Assembly: GCF_006345805.1 (NCBI RefSeq)
Contig: NC_043018.1
Location: forward strand, 24,366,001-24,430,000
DNA length: 64,000 nt
Direction of reading: 5' to 3'
Origin: Octopus sinensis
Lineage: Eukaryota
Below the pieces are notes generated by a model. That model worked only from the letters and a program-made list of their open reading frames with translations. It was not told the origin of the DNA and did no database searches. Shown in pieces: positions 13,801-28,013 of this stretch (position 1 is the first letter of the stretch; the number at the start of each line of letters is the position of its first letter). The position numbers and the translations under genes were made by a program.

Positions 13801-15289
13801 AGAACCCTCGTTGTCATAACCAACAGAGTGCCAGTTATTTCTCTAAACCTCTTCATAATTCTTGATTATTTTGGAAACATGGTTATGAAAGTGTTAGTTT
13901 AAACCCTATAGCTAAGATAAATGTTTATAGAACCTGGTTTATTAATTGATATATATATGTATGTATATATATATATATATATAAAAATCCTAGAATTTTT
14001 TCATGAAACCCTGGAGTTCCTGGAGAAGCACTGCTCTTGTTTTCTCTCAGTTTATCTGCTCTGCCCTTCTAAATAATCTGTAGTGAAACCACCACCGGTG
14101 TTTAACCATTCTGAATCTGATCAGAACTCTGTCTGCTCTGCTCCTATTAACGAAATCACTCCAAGTGTTTAAAAGTTTCAAATATGTCATCAAAATGCTG
14201 GAGAAAATAAGCTTAGATTAGATTAGATGTGGGGATCAAATTGAATAAATGGCCAGTGCTGTTGGCGCTGAGATGATTTTTCCCCACCGATTTAATGCAG
14301 TGATTGATGATTGGTGCTCTTATCCCCAATATACCCTTTTCTCACACCTGGAAGGAATAATTTATTCCAGGTAGACTGAGCAAGATTGAAAGAGATTAGT
14401 GCCTTGTTTCAATACACCACCACAGCGCTAATGTTGGGTTTAGAAACTCCCAGACTCTCAGCTGAAATGCTGACCCATTTCACTCCCTCAGTCATCGGGA
14501 ACTTTCTAGCTGGTTGGGTTGGCCTTCTTTTCTGGTTTCTAAGTCCTATATTCTGTATTTGTGAGAGAGAAAAATCTGCAAATCTTTCAATTTGTAAATT
14601 CTGCATTTTGCTATAGAGCAGCTGATGGCTTATTAATATACAAACTCTGCAGTTCAATCAAAATGTCAGCTAATTAACTATGGAAAGACTGTTTTGTCAC
14701 ATTCATACAAATTCTACAGCTTTGGTATGGAAAGACTATCAATAACATGTGGGGGGTGGGGGACTAAAAAAAAAATTCTGTTGGTCTTTGAGATATAAAT
14801 TCTGCAATTTAGTTATGAGGAGTGTAGAAATAGACTGTGGAAGGTTTGATCCACAGGTATGAAAAACCAGCAGTTCTTTTGCAGATCTAAAATTTGAACT
14901 GATCAACTCGACCCAAAAAGCTATTATTTTTTTCAGTGCAGCAGCTACAACAATAACAACAACAACAGCAACTAAAACTAATAACAAGAGAATCATATCT
15001 TTGAGCAAGTATTTGTTTTGTCTTAAGACCGACTTTCACGAGAGGCTGAAAATTGTACAGTAACATGGCAAATCTTACAAGCAGCATTCATCATTCTGCG
15101 ACTTGTTATATTTCACCAAGTAACACACACACACACATACACATACATATGTGCACATACATACACCACATACACACATATATGCACATACATACCACTT
15201 GTGTGTATATGTGTGTACACACGTTGTGTTAATGTAACTTCTGTTGCATTTCTGCTTGTGTCTGACTTTTAACTAGCTGCATTGACTGT

Positions 15290-16320
15290 TTCTCACTTAT
15301 CCATCTCTCCCTCTCTCACACATTCTACTCCTCTCTCTTTCCCTCTCACATTCTGTCTATCTCTTTCTACCCCTCTCTGTCATATTCTATTCTTTTCTCT
15401 TTCCCTCTCTCACATTCTATTCCTTTTTATCTCTCTTTCTCTCTCTCACACATTCTATTCCTTTCTTTTTATCTCTCTTTCTCTCTCTCTCTCTCTCATT
15501 CTATTCCTCATCATTCTTTTTCCCTCCCATACTCTCCATCCCTCTCTCTCACATTCTGTTCCTTTCTCTTTCCCTCTCTCACATTCTATTCCTCTCTTTT
15601 TATCTCTCTTTCTCTCTCTCTCTCTCATTCTATTCATCATTATCTCTTCCCCCCTCATACTTTCTATCCCTCTCTTTCTCTCCCCCTCTCATGTTCTATT
15701 CCTCTCTCTTTACCTCTCCCCTTTCTCTCCCTCATTCTTCACCATTTTCTAATCTCCCTCCCTTTATCCTCTCCCTTCTCTTAGCCAATTACCTCCCCCC
15801 CCCGTTCTCTTACCTTTAATCCAATCTGTTACTCTTCATTTAATCCATCTCACACCCTCACCTATTCCTCTATCACTGTCTATATACAAATTCCTCTTAA
15901 GCCCTTCTATTCTCCTCATCTGCCTTCCAAACACCCATTTCACTTTTACCCCTCTCCCCCCACCCCCACTTAATCCTTACACTCAGACTTGTCACTTTGA
16001 GTTCTTATTCGAAGTGACCCCGACCATGTTCGTTCGATGAACTTGTCACTCCCCTGAATCGATATATCTCTCCATCCAGCCATCATCTGTCTGTCTGTCT
16101 GTCTGTCTTCCCATTTCTTTCTTTCTTGCAACCTCTCTCTATTTCTCTCTTTCATTCTCCTTGCTTTATAACTTACTCTCTCTCTGTTCACCCTCCCCTT
16201 TTTCATTACCCATGCAATCTTCCTCTCTCCTTATAACTCCCTCTCTGTCTATCTCTCTCACCCTCTCTCCCATCACCTACACAATCTTTCTCTCATTTCA
16301 CTCCCTCTCCATCTCTATCA
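15290..16320. repeat. ~1-kb polypyrimidine (CT-rich) low-complexity tract
   Basis: Strongly C/T-biased + strand with (CT)n runs and an internal duplication (about 15455-15530 vs 15585-15660). Confidence 0.85.
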
Positions 16321-16596
16321 CTAGTTGCAGCTTTTCTCTCACTATATTGTATACTGAATAAAGTTGACTGTATTGAACAACTACATTCATTTATTGCTTC
16401 ATTTATTTGCTAATTAATTAATTATTCAATATTGTTGAATCCCATGTTTAATCAATTCATTGCTTTTGTTTAATTGTCCGGTTGTTGCTTCCTCTTCCAT
16501 CAGTTGTTTTCTATCACAGGAGATATATATATATCTACATACATCTGTGTACATTTATGTATATGTATGTGTGTGTATAATACATATATTTATATA

Positions 16597-17037
16597 CAGG
16601 ACATTGTTGACCTACAACCTCTCCGACTACGACCAATCGACTTTACTATGATTGGCATGCCAGCTCCCGGCAGCAATAATAAATAGTCCAGTTGAAGTCT
16701 AATGGGTTTAATTTCTTAGAAATTAACCCATCTACGGATGATGTCAGCTAACAAATGCTTCCCCTAGGCTCAGTTATCGATCGCCTCTGTGTTGGATGAC
16801 TATCCTGTTGTGGAGACATCAAGACAATCTTGTACTTGTTTATAAGGCAACTGCTTGAGACTCCCAGATTTTTTACTAACACCAGTTTAATACAGAATGC
16901 TGTGAATGACTTTTATCTGAGAATGTACCTGAAGAATGTAAAAATATAAAACAAAGCTATATAGGCCGATTTATGACCAAATCGACTTACGACCAGTCAG
17001 TCGGAACCCCTTGTGGTCGTAAGTTGACAACAACCTG
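16597..17037. mobile_element. pogo/Tigger-like MITE
   Basis: TA on both flanks. Degenerate terminal inverted repeats CAGGacattgttgacctacaacc and revcomp CAGGttgttgtcaacttacgacc; internal cgact(t)acgacc repeats. Confidence 0.6.
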
Positions 17038-18359
17038 TATATATATATTTATATACACACACCATGCCTGTGCTCCACACAACCATTCCTGCGCCTCCAC
17101 CTATATGTATACATATTCTTAGTGGCACTCTGTCATGACGACGAGGGTTCCAGTTGATCCAATCAACAGAACAGCCTGCTCATGAAATGAGCGTGTAAGT
17201 GGCTGAGAACTCCACAGACACATGTACCCTTAACGTAGTTCTCAGGGAGATTCAGCATGACACAGAATGTTACAAGGCTGGCCCCTTTTGAATTACAGAT
17301 ACTTCTCATTTTTGCCAGACGAGTAGACTGGAGCAATGTGAAATAGCGTCTTGCTCGATGGCACAACGAGCTGCCAGGACTCAAAATTGCGACTCTATGA
17401 TGGTAAGCCGATTACCCTACCCTCTAATTCATGTGTGTTCACATGCATTAAATGTAGAAGCAGTGACGAGTAACAATTCTCTCTACCTGATGTAGCCATG
17501 TATCTCCTCAGCAGCAACACATCTAGTTCTGTCCCTCAATACTAATGCCCACACTCTGTTTAGGGGTCTTTGTCTTGCAAGTTAATTGGTGTCCTCACTG
17601 CTGTTGGTGCCACATGAAAAAGATCCCCCTTTCAGTCCTCACACTGTAGAGTGCCAAAGCAGACAGAAGATCTTGGTGCGTTCTTCTGGTTTGTCAGCTC
17701 CTGTCAAAACACCAAAGCTATGTCAGCCTGGAAAACAGAATGTTTGATGATAATGGTGATGGGATGTGTGTGACACAGCATCAAACATGCATACTCACAC
17801 TCACACACGTCCCAACATGTTTAAATGTAATAACATAACTCAAGAAACTCGGTTGGATATCGCATGAGTCAAGAGGACTTGTTGATAAGGTGAAAAATGA
17901 TAGCAAAAGGCTTTTAATTTGTTAAGTCATTTACGAGACTGATTCATCAACGTTTTACCTTTTTATCTTTTTGTAAACCAATCACCTTAGTTTAGTAACC
18001 TCCGGAAAAGATAAGGAGATTTAATCAGGATTTCTAAAATTAGCTAAAGTTCAGATAATTAAATTTACTCCAATATTTTATTGTCAAAAGATCATAGAAA
18101 AAACTAAGTCAAATAAGGTGATTGACTTTGGTAGAGCATCATTCAAATTGCTGTGTGGTATTTAGTTGGAACTGGTTCTGTTCTGAGTTCAAATACACCT
18201 GAGGTCAACTTTACCTTTCAACCATTTTGTTCTTTGGGCAGCTGAAGAATAAGGGTACATCATCTCTGATAAGAAAACAATTCCCTCTGAAACACATCTG
18301 TATATGAGTATACACAAATAAATTTGTGTAAATTCTTATACACAAATATAGATTGATTT

Positions 18360-18950
18360 GTGTTCAAATTCCACTAAGGTCGACTTTGCTTTTCATCCCT
18401 TCAGTGTTCAATAAAGTACCAGTCATATACTGGAGTCAATGTTATTGACTTGTCCCTTCCTTTCAGAATTGCTAGCACTTTGGACAAACTGCTTAGTGGC
18501 ACTTCTAGCTTTTTATGTTTTTGGTTCAAATTCCACTGAGGTTGGCTTTGCTTTTTATCCCTTCAGGGTTCAATAAAATACCAGTCATATACTGGAGTCA
18601 ATGTTATTGACTTGCCCCTTCCCTACAGAATTGCTAGCACTTTGGACAAACTGCTTAGTGGCACTTCTAGCTTTTTATGTTTTTGGTTCAAATTCCACTG
18701 AGGTTGGCTTTGCTTTTTATCCCTTCAGGGTTCAATAAAATACCAGTCATATACTGGAGTCAATGTTATTGACTTGCCCCTTCCCTACAGAATTGCTAGC
18801 ACTTTGGACAAACAGCTTAGTGGCACTTCTAGCTTTTTATATTTTTGGTTCAAATTCCATTGAGGTCGGCTTTGCTTTTCATCCCTTCAGGGTCAATAAA
18901 GTACCAGTCATATACCAGAGATCAATGTAATTGGTCTGTCCTTTCAGAAT
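18360..18950 (+). repeat. 162-bp tandem repeat (about 3.5 copies) derived from the SINE body
   Basis: gctagcactt recurs at 18471, 18633 and 18795; the copies are near-identical. Confidence 0.9.
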
Positions 18951-19110
18951 TTTAGTGGGGAGTATTGTGATCTCAGCCACTTATCTATCATGAAAACTGA
19001 GTAACCAGACTTATATGATTAGGGCTCAAGGAAAAATTTTAAAAATAAATGAATCTATTCTAATTAATTATGTAATTGACTTATCTTTATTTTTTCTTGT
19101 GTTTGTTTAA

Positions 19111-19322
19111 CCCTTTCATTACTGTATTTATTTTGAGATGCTCTGCGCGTCTTTCAATTACTTTAAATATAAATTACTTTAAATTACTTTAAATATTATT
19201 TTTTCTTTGATAAAATAATTTAGTTATCATTAAGCTAGTGTTAGGAACATAAATTTTAATTCAAAACTTATGAAAACAAGAAATTTGTACTCAGAGCCAG
19301 AGCTGGGTTGGTAATGAAAGGG
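19111..19322. mobile_element. piggyBac-type MITE family A
   Basis: TTAA-CCCTTTC...GAAAGGG-TTAA; near-identical copy at 53082-53299, also with TTAA on both sides. Confidence 0.8.
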
Positions 19323-19394
19323 TTAACATCCATTTTTTTCCATGCTAGCACGAAGCATCAACTTCAACATTCAGTTATCAGAAGGGCGGTAGGG

Positions 19395-19735
19395 GCAAAA
19401 ACCAAACTCAATGTCTTCAATTCGGTGTTCATGTCTACCCTTACCTATGATCATGAATCTTGGAGAATGACCTAAAGAATGCAATCAAAATATACAAGTG
19501 GCCGAAATGGGGTTCTTCCAATGGGTCTTTGGAATGATGTTATTCAATAGAGTACATAGCTTGGAGATCAGAAAGTCACTCATGGTAGAGACACTTCCCT
19601 GAATTGAGAGGTCACTGCTCTGGTATATGGCAAGAATGTCTCAGGAATGAATCGCTGGACAGGTTTTATAGACAAACCTGTCAGAAGACCCAGGGTAGAC
19701 CTCCCCTAAGCAAGATGGTTGGATAGCATCCTATT
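19395..19735 (+). pseudogene. Decayed RTE-clade LINE reverse transcriptase C-terminal fragment
   Basis: Translates with stops as TKLNVFNSVFMSTLTYDHESW...IQVAEMGFFQWVFG..LFNRVHSLEIRKSL..IERS.LWYMARM, typical of RTE RT 3' ends. Confidence 0.75.
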
Positions 19736-20386
19736 TCTTTACTACCCACAAGGGGCTAAACACAGAGAGGACAAACAAGGACAGTCAAACGGCTCGTGAG
19801 CTTAGTTAGTCTCATTTGGGGATCTAGCAAGATCAGTTGGAGATGGTCGCTTCTGACAGGACCCAATATGGGCCTGCCAGGATTAAGTGGGCAAAGATGA
19901 GATGAGCAAGAGTTGGACAGGGGACATATTTTAGGCAAGATTTTACAGCCGGATGCCCTTCCTGTCACTAATCCTTACGTGTATTTCAAGTAAGGGATTT
20001 CTTATTCCACAGGTCTTTGAAGGCACAGAGTAACAAGTCATAATGTTTACAACAAATTTAAATGTCCTATCACTGCATTGCTCAAGCCAAGTCATGAGCT
20101 GTCAACATTTATGTATATTTTGTGTGCATGCACACACTCACACACACACACACACACAAATATATATACATATATCCACTTTTCACATCCACTTTTCTAT
20201 GCCTGCATGGATCAGATGGAGTTTACTGAGGCAAATTTTCTACGGTTGGATGCCCTCCCTGTTGTCAACCTTCACATGTTTCTATATGGCTGGACATGTT
20301 TTTGTGGAAGATTGGAAATGAATGATACCATTTGTATGATGGTGAAACTCATTTACAACTGTTGCTGATGTAAAGACAAGAACACA

Positions 20387-20439
<53 letters not shown>

Positions 20440-23314
20440 GTGTGTATGAAAAGTCTTGAGCCTCAAAAAAGCAAAACCTGGTACAAGACTTCTGATGAAG
20501 GTACAAGACTTCAAGGCTCAAAACTTTTCATACACCTCTCTCACACACACACACACACACAAACACACAAGCACTCACATACAAGAAGACACTTGCCCAT
20601 GGTATGCAGAGGGATTGAACCTGAAGCCACGTGGTTGGGAAGCAAACTTCTTGACCACACAGCTATGACTGTAATTCACCCCAGTGAATTGCAGTTAAGT
20701 GAAAAGGTACTCAACCCCATTAGGTAGAGTAGGGATAATACTATTTATTTAGAATTAAGTTTATAGGTGTTATTAACCTCCACCACCACTGACAACAACA
20801 GCAACAACAACACTATCACTATAACTGCTATTATACCTGTATCCCCATTACTCTTTTCTACTCTAGGCACAAGCCCCAAAATTTTTGGGGAGGGGGCCAG
20901 TCGATTAGATCGAGACCAGTACACAACTGGTACTTAATTTATCGACCCTGAAAGGACAAAAGGTAAAGTCGACCTCGGTAGAATTTGAACTCAGAACGTA
21001 AAGACAGACAAAATACCTATTTCTTTACTGCCCACAAGGGGCTACACACAGAGGCGACAAACAAGGACAGACAAATGGATTAAGTCGATTATATCGACCT
21101 CAGTGTGTAACTGGTACTTACTTAATCGACCCCAAAAGGATGAAAGGCACAGTTGACCTTGGCGGAATTTGAACTCAGAACGTAGCGGCAGACAAAATAC
21201 CACTAAGCATTTCACCCAGTGTGCTAATGTTTCTGCCAGCTTGCCGACTTCCTGTCTCCCAATTATTGTCACTATCAAAGTGGCGAGCTGGCAGAATTGT
21301 TAGCATGCTGGGTGAAATACTTAGTGGTATTTCGTCTGCCGCTACGTTCTGAGTTCAAATTCCGCCAAGGTCAGCTTTGCCTTTCATCCTTTCAGGGGTC
21401 GATTAAATAAGTACCAGTTACGCACTGGGTCGATATAATCGACTTAATCCATTTGTCTGTCCTTGTTTGTCCCCCTCTGTGTTTAGCCCCTTGTGGGTAG
21501 TAAAGAAATAGGTATTTCGTCTGCCGCTACGTTCTGAGTTCAAATTCCGCCAAGGTCAGCTTTGCCTTTCATCCTTTCGGGGGTCGATTAAATAAGTACC
21601 AGTTACGCACTGGGGTCGATATAATCGACTTAATCCATTTGTCTGTCCTTGTTTGTCCCCCTCTGTGTGTAGTAAAGAAATAGGTATTTCGTCTGCCTCT
21701 ATGTTCTGAGTTCAAATTCTGCTGAGGTCAACTTTGCTTATCCTCCTAGGGTCAATATAAATTAAGTACTAGTTGAGTACTGGTGATCGACTGTCCCGCT
21801 CCCCACAAAATCCAGGCCTTGTGCTGATAGAAGAAAGGATTATTGTCACCATCATGACCACCATCTCCACCGCCATTGCCATAATAGCCACTCCACCACC
21901 ATGAACAGCTTTTCTGTCAGCACCAACAGCATTTTCACCACCACCACCACCACCACCACTATGCAAAATCACAAGTTATCTGCATATGCTGCGCATATTA
22001 CTTAAGCAGTCAACTGCACAAAGTTGCTTCTGCAGTTTGGAAACAAAAATAGCTTTTTTTTGTTTTTATTTTCAACAACAACAACAACAACAACAGCAGC
22101 AGCAGTAAAACCAGCAGCAGCAGGAACAGTGTTAAGAGCAGAAGCATTTAGATCAATGCGACATCGGACTTAGGTAAGTGAGTTTGGTTATCCAATGATT
22201 CTAATTTCATTGAGAGAAGCAGAATATCTCACATCTGTAGCAGGAATGGTAGGTTTGTACAGCTGTTGTGATGTTCATGCCCTTCTCATGTAAAGTAAAT
22301 ATTCCTAGAGTCATTCACCCTATAAAAGAGCCTCTATATCGCCATCACTTGAAAGGCGGTTGAATTCTCACCATGACACACCTTCACAAGTTTAAGGGAG
22401 GTTTTTAGCTGCTGTTTCTAGCATGCCAACAACAGGATCGAGTATATAGCATCATAAGAAAGTGTGAAGGAGGGAGAGGGGGAGGGATAGGATGACATAA
22501 AGCTTTTATGCCCTTCTCAAGGGCGTTAATTATATAAGGAGTGCGTAATAGCAGTAATTTTGAATTTGAATAGAAACTGGGTCACATATATCTGTAAATA
22601 GGAACTTGCTCTGACAGTGATGATGATGATGATGATGAGATGTCAGTGGTGGTGACGGTGGTGATATTGGTGGTGGTGGTGCTCCCCCCCCGGGTAGTGA
22701 TGGGTGTAGGTGAGTGTATGTAGGAGGATAGTGAAGTAGGTACAAAAGATTTACGACTTAAATGTGTCTTCAGGTTGATCCTACTGCTATGCGATATTAG
22801 TTTTCTGTGTGCTGACACGTCAGAGCCAAAACAGCCGGAGCATTGAGATGTATGTATGTACACATTCACGTGTCAAACAATAGTGTCGATATTTTCATTA
22901 CATATAATGTGTGCATATGTATCAGTGTGTGTGTGTGTGTGTGTTTCTGTTCTGTATTGAAGTTTTAGAATTTGTTTTATCTAGGGAGCCAATCAGTTGA
23001 CGACAAAAGTTGTAACCGGAACATTTTATTTTTTCAGAAAAACAGTTGGGGCAGACTTGTTCTCTTTATCATCAATTGTGCTGGTTTTTCTCTTATAAAT
23101 GTTAAGGGCTTGAAGATTTTTATTGTTCCAAATAGCACAGTATGAGAATTGCGTAGCTCTGTTCATCCTCTAAGAATACAAGTTCAGCTGCATTTTGTCC
23201 CAGGACATTTCCTCCATGCTCCGATAACAATGGATTTAACACCGGAACTGCATTTTGGATCCGGTCTTTTAAATGTTTTCTTTCTTAGGTATTTTTCTCA
23301 CCACTTAACTATTG

Positions 23315-23393
<79 letters not shown>

Positions 23394-23524
23394 TATATCA
23401 ATATACATAATATACAAACATAATTATATATATATATGTGTGTATATAGACACATATATACATACATACATTGTATATATATATATGTATATATACACAC
23501 ATACATACACAAACACACACCACA

Positions 23525-23576
<52 letters not shown>

Positions 23577-23679
23577 CATATACATATATATATAGTAAAT
23601 ATATATATATATAATATATCTATATGTAAATATATATATATGAATATACATATGTAAATAATATCTATCTATCTAATAT

Positions 23680-23711
<32 letters not shown>

Positions 23712-23720
23712 CATATACAC

Positions 23721-23757
<37 letters not shown>

Positions 23758-23943
23758 ATATGTATATATATATATATATAAAATATACATATGTATATAT
23801 ATATATAAAAATATACATATGTATATATATATATATATACACATGATATATATATACATATGTATTATTATATTATATATATATATACTATAAGTGTATA
23901 TATATATATATATACATATGTATTTTTATATATATATATATAC

Positions 23944-23974
<31 letters not shown>

Positions 23975-24002
23975 CATATGTGTATATGTTATATATATAT
24001 AT

Positions 24003-24034
<32 letters not shown>

Positions 24035-24191
24035 ATATAATATATATATATATAGATAGATAGATAGATATTTATTTACATATGTATATTCATATATATA
24101 TATATATATATATTATATATAGATAGATAGATAGATATTTATTTACATATGTATATTCATATATATATATTTACATATATATATATATATT

Positions 24192-24229
<38 letters not shown>

Positions 24230-24340
24230 TGTGGTGTGGTGTGTATGTATGTGTGTATATATACATATATATATATACAATGTATGTATGTATATATGTG
24301 TCTATATACACACATATATATATATTATGTTTGTTATATA

Positions 24341-24394
<54 letters not shown>

Positions 24395-24399
24395 ATTTT

Positions 24400-24690
24400 A
24401 AAACACCATCCGAGCGTGGCCGTCTGCCAGCCTCGTCTGGCACCTGTGTCGGTGGCACATAAAAAACACCATCCGAGCGTGGCCGTTTGCCAGCCTCGTC
24501 TGCACCTGTGTCGGTGGCACATAAAATCACCCACTACACTCTCGGAGTGGTTGGCGTTAGGAGGGCATCCAGCTGTAGAAACACTGCCAGATCTGACTGG
24601 ACTGGTGCAGCTTCGGGCTCCCCAGACCCCAGTTGAACCGTCCAACCCATGCTAGCATGGAAAGCGGACGTTAAATGATGATGATGATAT
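24400..24690 (+). mobile_element. Non-LTR retroelement 3' module ending in (GAT)n
   Basis: ...ggttggcgttaggagggcatccagctgtagaaac...ccaacccatgctagcatggaaagcggacgttaaatgatgatg. Many related copies, for example about 45590-45910, 56880-57190(-) and 58245-58365. Confidence 0.65.
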
Positions 24691-24765
24691 ATACAATAGT
24701 TATATATATATATACACATATGTATATATATATATATATAAAAATATACATATGTATATATATAA

Positions 24766-24836
<71 letters not shown>

Positions 24837-24928
24837 ATATAAATACACACACACACACTCACACACACACATATATATATATATAATGATAGATAGATAT
24901 ATTTTATCTATCTATCTATCTATCTATC

Positions 24929-24972
<44 letters not shown>

Positions 24973-25012
24973 CATATGTATATATATATATATATATAAT
25001 ATACATATGTAT

Positions 25013-25062
<50 letters not shown>

Positions 25063-25065
25063 TAC

Positions 25066-25108
<43 letters not shown>

Positions 25109-25273
25109 TATATATATATATATAGTAAAAGTAATTAAGATTCAAGGGAGTTCTGTTGAATTCACATGAATGAGGTACTTAACTTAGATGTCACCAGAAA
25201 TCTATATGCTATTAACCATAAGATAATGCGAGGTGATTATAAGCAAGAAAAAAGCAACAAAAATGGATCAATA

Positions 25274-25362
25274 TTTCGGTACAATTGTTTCGTACGAAGA
25301 CACCTTTATTAAGGCTGCAAATATTGCAGCAAATATACGTGGCCCGTACTCATCAGCCGAAA
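25274..25362 (-). ncRNA. Minimal type-I hammerhead ribozyme motif H2 (most intact)
   Basis: Minus strand reads tttcgg-CTGATGA-gtacg...cgtac-GAAA-caatt-GTA-ccgaaa: 6-bp stem I, 5-bp stem II, palindromic stem III ACAATTGT, complete core. Confidence 0.85.
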
Positions 25363-26511
25363 AAAACATCTGAGTTCTCAAAACATCTAAGGGGGTGATG
25401 TTACACTCATGAAACATTCGGGATAGTTCTATAAAAATCAGATTTAGATAATAAACGGACATCCAAAGTTCTCCAATGTTGCACAGTCAAATAACAGGCT
25501 TTAAAAAAGTATTTTAAAAAACCTCTTAGTTTCACAACCTCTTAGTTGCTTATATATATATATATATATATATATTGAATTATTTCTGTGGGAGATTTTG
25601 GAACATAACACCCATGATTACTATATATATATATATATGTATATATTTATATATATACTCACACACACACACATTTATGAATTCATTTTGCTAGATTCCT
25701 GATGTGGAATTGTGTGTTGAAACAGATATTGCTCTTTTTGCGAATGGTCATTCTTTTTTCTTGTCAAATAAACACACACACCATACATTTGTTTTTCACT
25801 CGTTTATTATTGTTCTTTTTTTATGTCCATTTGTCTGGAAATCTTTTGTCACATATCATGTGACCTCTTTAGTGACTTTCCAATCTCACATGTTTCCTCC
25901 TGTTCTGTTTAGCTCATTCTGTTGCTGAAGAGGTTACAGATGTGTGATGAAAGATTTCCAGAAAATGGACGTAAGATAAAATAAAAAAAAAAAATAAAAA
26001 ACAATAATAAACAAAGTGAAGAATGAATATATGGTGTGTGTGTGTTTATTTGATAAGGAAAAAAAAGAAATGACCATCCCGAAATATAACAAAATCTGCT
26101 TCAACACACAGTTCCACACCAGGAATCTTGCAAAACAAATTCATAAACGTATATATATATATATATATATTTATATACATACACACACTGTAAAAATTGA
26201 ATATATATATATCACGTGACCGACCAGACCATCAGATGTTGCTACACATCGCTGGTCACAATGCGTTCGCATTGTTTTAGCCTTCGAATGATGCCACCCC
26301 ACTGGCTAAGCGAGCAGGCCAACAGAAGAAAGAGAGAAAGAGTGGTGAAAGAGTACAACAGGGATCACCACCCCCTGCCGGAGCGTCGTGGAGCTTTTTT
26401 TTTTTAGGTGTTTTCGCTCAATAAACACACACAACACCCTGTCTGGGAATGGAAACCGAGATCCTACGACCGCGAGTCCGCTGCCCTAACCACTGGGCCA
26501 TTATATATATA

Positions 26512-26546
<35 letters not shown>

Positions 26547-26624
26547 TATAGATATATCTATATATATATATATGTATTGGATAAATGATATCCCATAGTG
26601 GGGTACATTCATAACCACTATCTT

Positions 26625-26682
<58 letters not shown>

Positions 26683-27057
26683 AATACAATAAGTTAGGGG
26701 TTATGGATGTAACCCACTAATGGATATCAATTATCCAATATACTGTTGGTAAAGTACCCAAATTGTTAATACACAAATGTTTTTAATTGCAATGCAATTA
26801 ATTTATTTATTGTATTAAATGGGTGAAGGTAAAAAAATATTTTTACTGTAAATTTATAATACAAATAAGAAAATGGAGAAACAAATTCAGTTTGTTCATC
26901 AACTTACAGATATTACATTGTTACATTATTTATTCATTTTACAACTGAGAACATCAAATAAATAATGTAACATTGTAATATCTGAAAGTTGATGAACAAA
27001 CTGAATCTGCTTCTCCATTTTCTTATTTGTATTATATATATATATATATATATAATA

Positions 27058-27222
27058 GGCACAGGAGTGGCTGTGTGGTAAGTAGCTTGCTAACCAACCA
27101 CATGGTTCTGAGTTCAGTCCCACTGCGTGGCATCTTGGGCAAGTGTCTTTTGCTATAGCCCCGGGCCAACCAAGGCCTTGTGAGTGGATTTGGTAGACGG
27201 AAACTGAAAGAAGCCTGTCGTA

Positions 27223-27269
<47 letters not shown>

Positions 27270-27490
27270 GTATGTGTGTGTGTTTGTGTGTCTGTGTTTG
27301 TCCCCCTAGCATTGCTTGACAACCGATGCTGGTGTGTTTACGTCCCCGTCACTTAGCGGTTTGGCAAAAGTGACCGACAGTATAAGTACTGGGCTTACAA
27401 AGAATAAGTCCCGGGGTCGATTTGCTTGACTAAAGGCGGTGCTCCAGCATGGCCACAGTCAAATGACTGAAACAAGTAAAAGAGTAAAAG
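27058..27490 (+). mobile_element. ~400-bp tRNA-derived SINE (second family), full-length copy
   Basis: Head ggcacaggagtggctgtgtggtaag...ggttcagtccc (A/B boxes), internal (TA)n/(TG)n, tail gaaacaagtaaaagag. Other copies at about 38693-39115(-), 43620-43975(-), 47170-47585(-), 53341-53730(+) and 54122-54493(-); partials at 31230, 31650 and 32692. Confidence 0.85.
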
Positions 27491-27951
27491 AGAATATATA
27501 TATGTATGTATGTGTGTATGTGTGTGTGTTTGTGTATGTGTGAATGTGTGGTTAAAGGTGATATCAGGATGTTGAACTTGAGTAAAGAGATGCCAAAGAA
27601 TGTAACAAATGGCAAGTCACTGTGTTGGATAGGATCCATCTAACCCATGCAAGCAGACATAAAAATAATGAAGATGATGAAGATGATTATATACCTAATT
27701 ATTTCTATATATATATATATATATATGCACAGATTTCTACAACTGATACTGTTTTTACCTGCTGAAGTTTCCTGCATATTGTTCAAAACACAGGTTTTAA
27801 ATGTAAACATATATTCATGTACCAGCATATGCACACACAACCAAGCCGAAGGAATCCATATATAGTAGCTTCACCTACAAGAAATAGCAGCCAAATATTT
27901 CTGAAATCACCCTATCATCTCCAAAAAGGGGGACATTTTGAACATATAATA

Positions 27952-28013
<62 letters not shown>

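Noticed and set aside
14409-15087. Short ORFs in unique-looking sequence (82, 89 and 66 aa)
   Set aside because: No recognisable domain, no consistent splice-phase chain, and partly built from (AAC)n/(AGC)n repeats.
22085-22173. Segment ending in a strong donor (ttag|gtaagt), plus a candidate exon at about 22774-22849
   Set aside because: Stops in every frame and no linkage to other exons; they could only be non-coding exons, which cannot be supported here.
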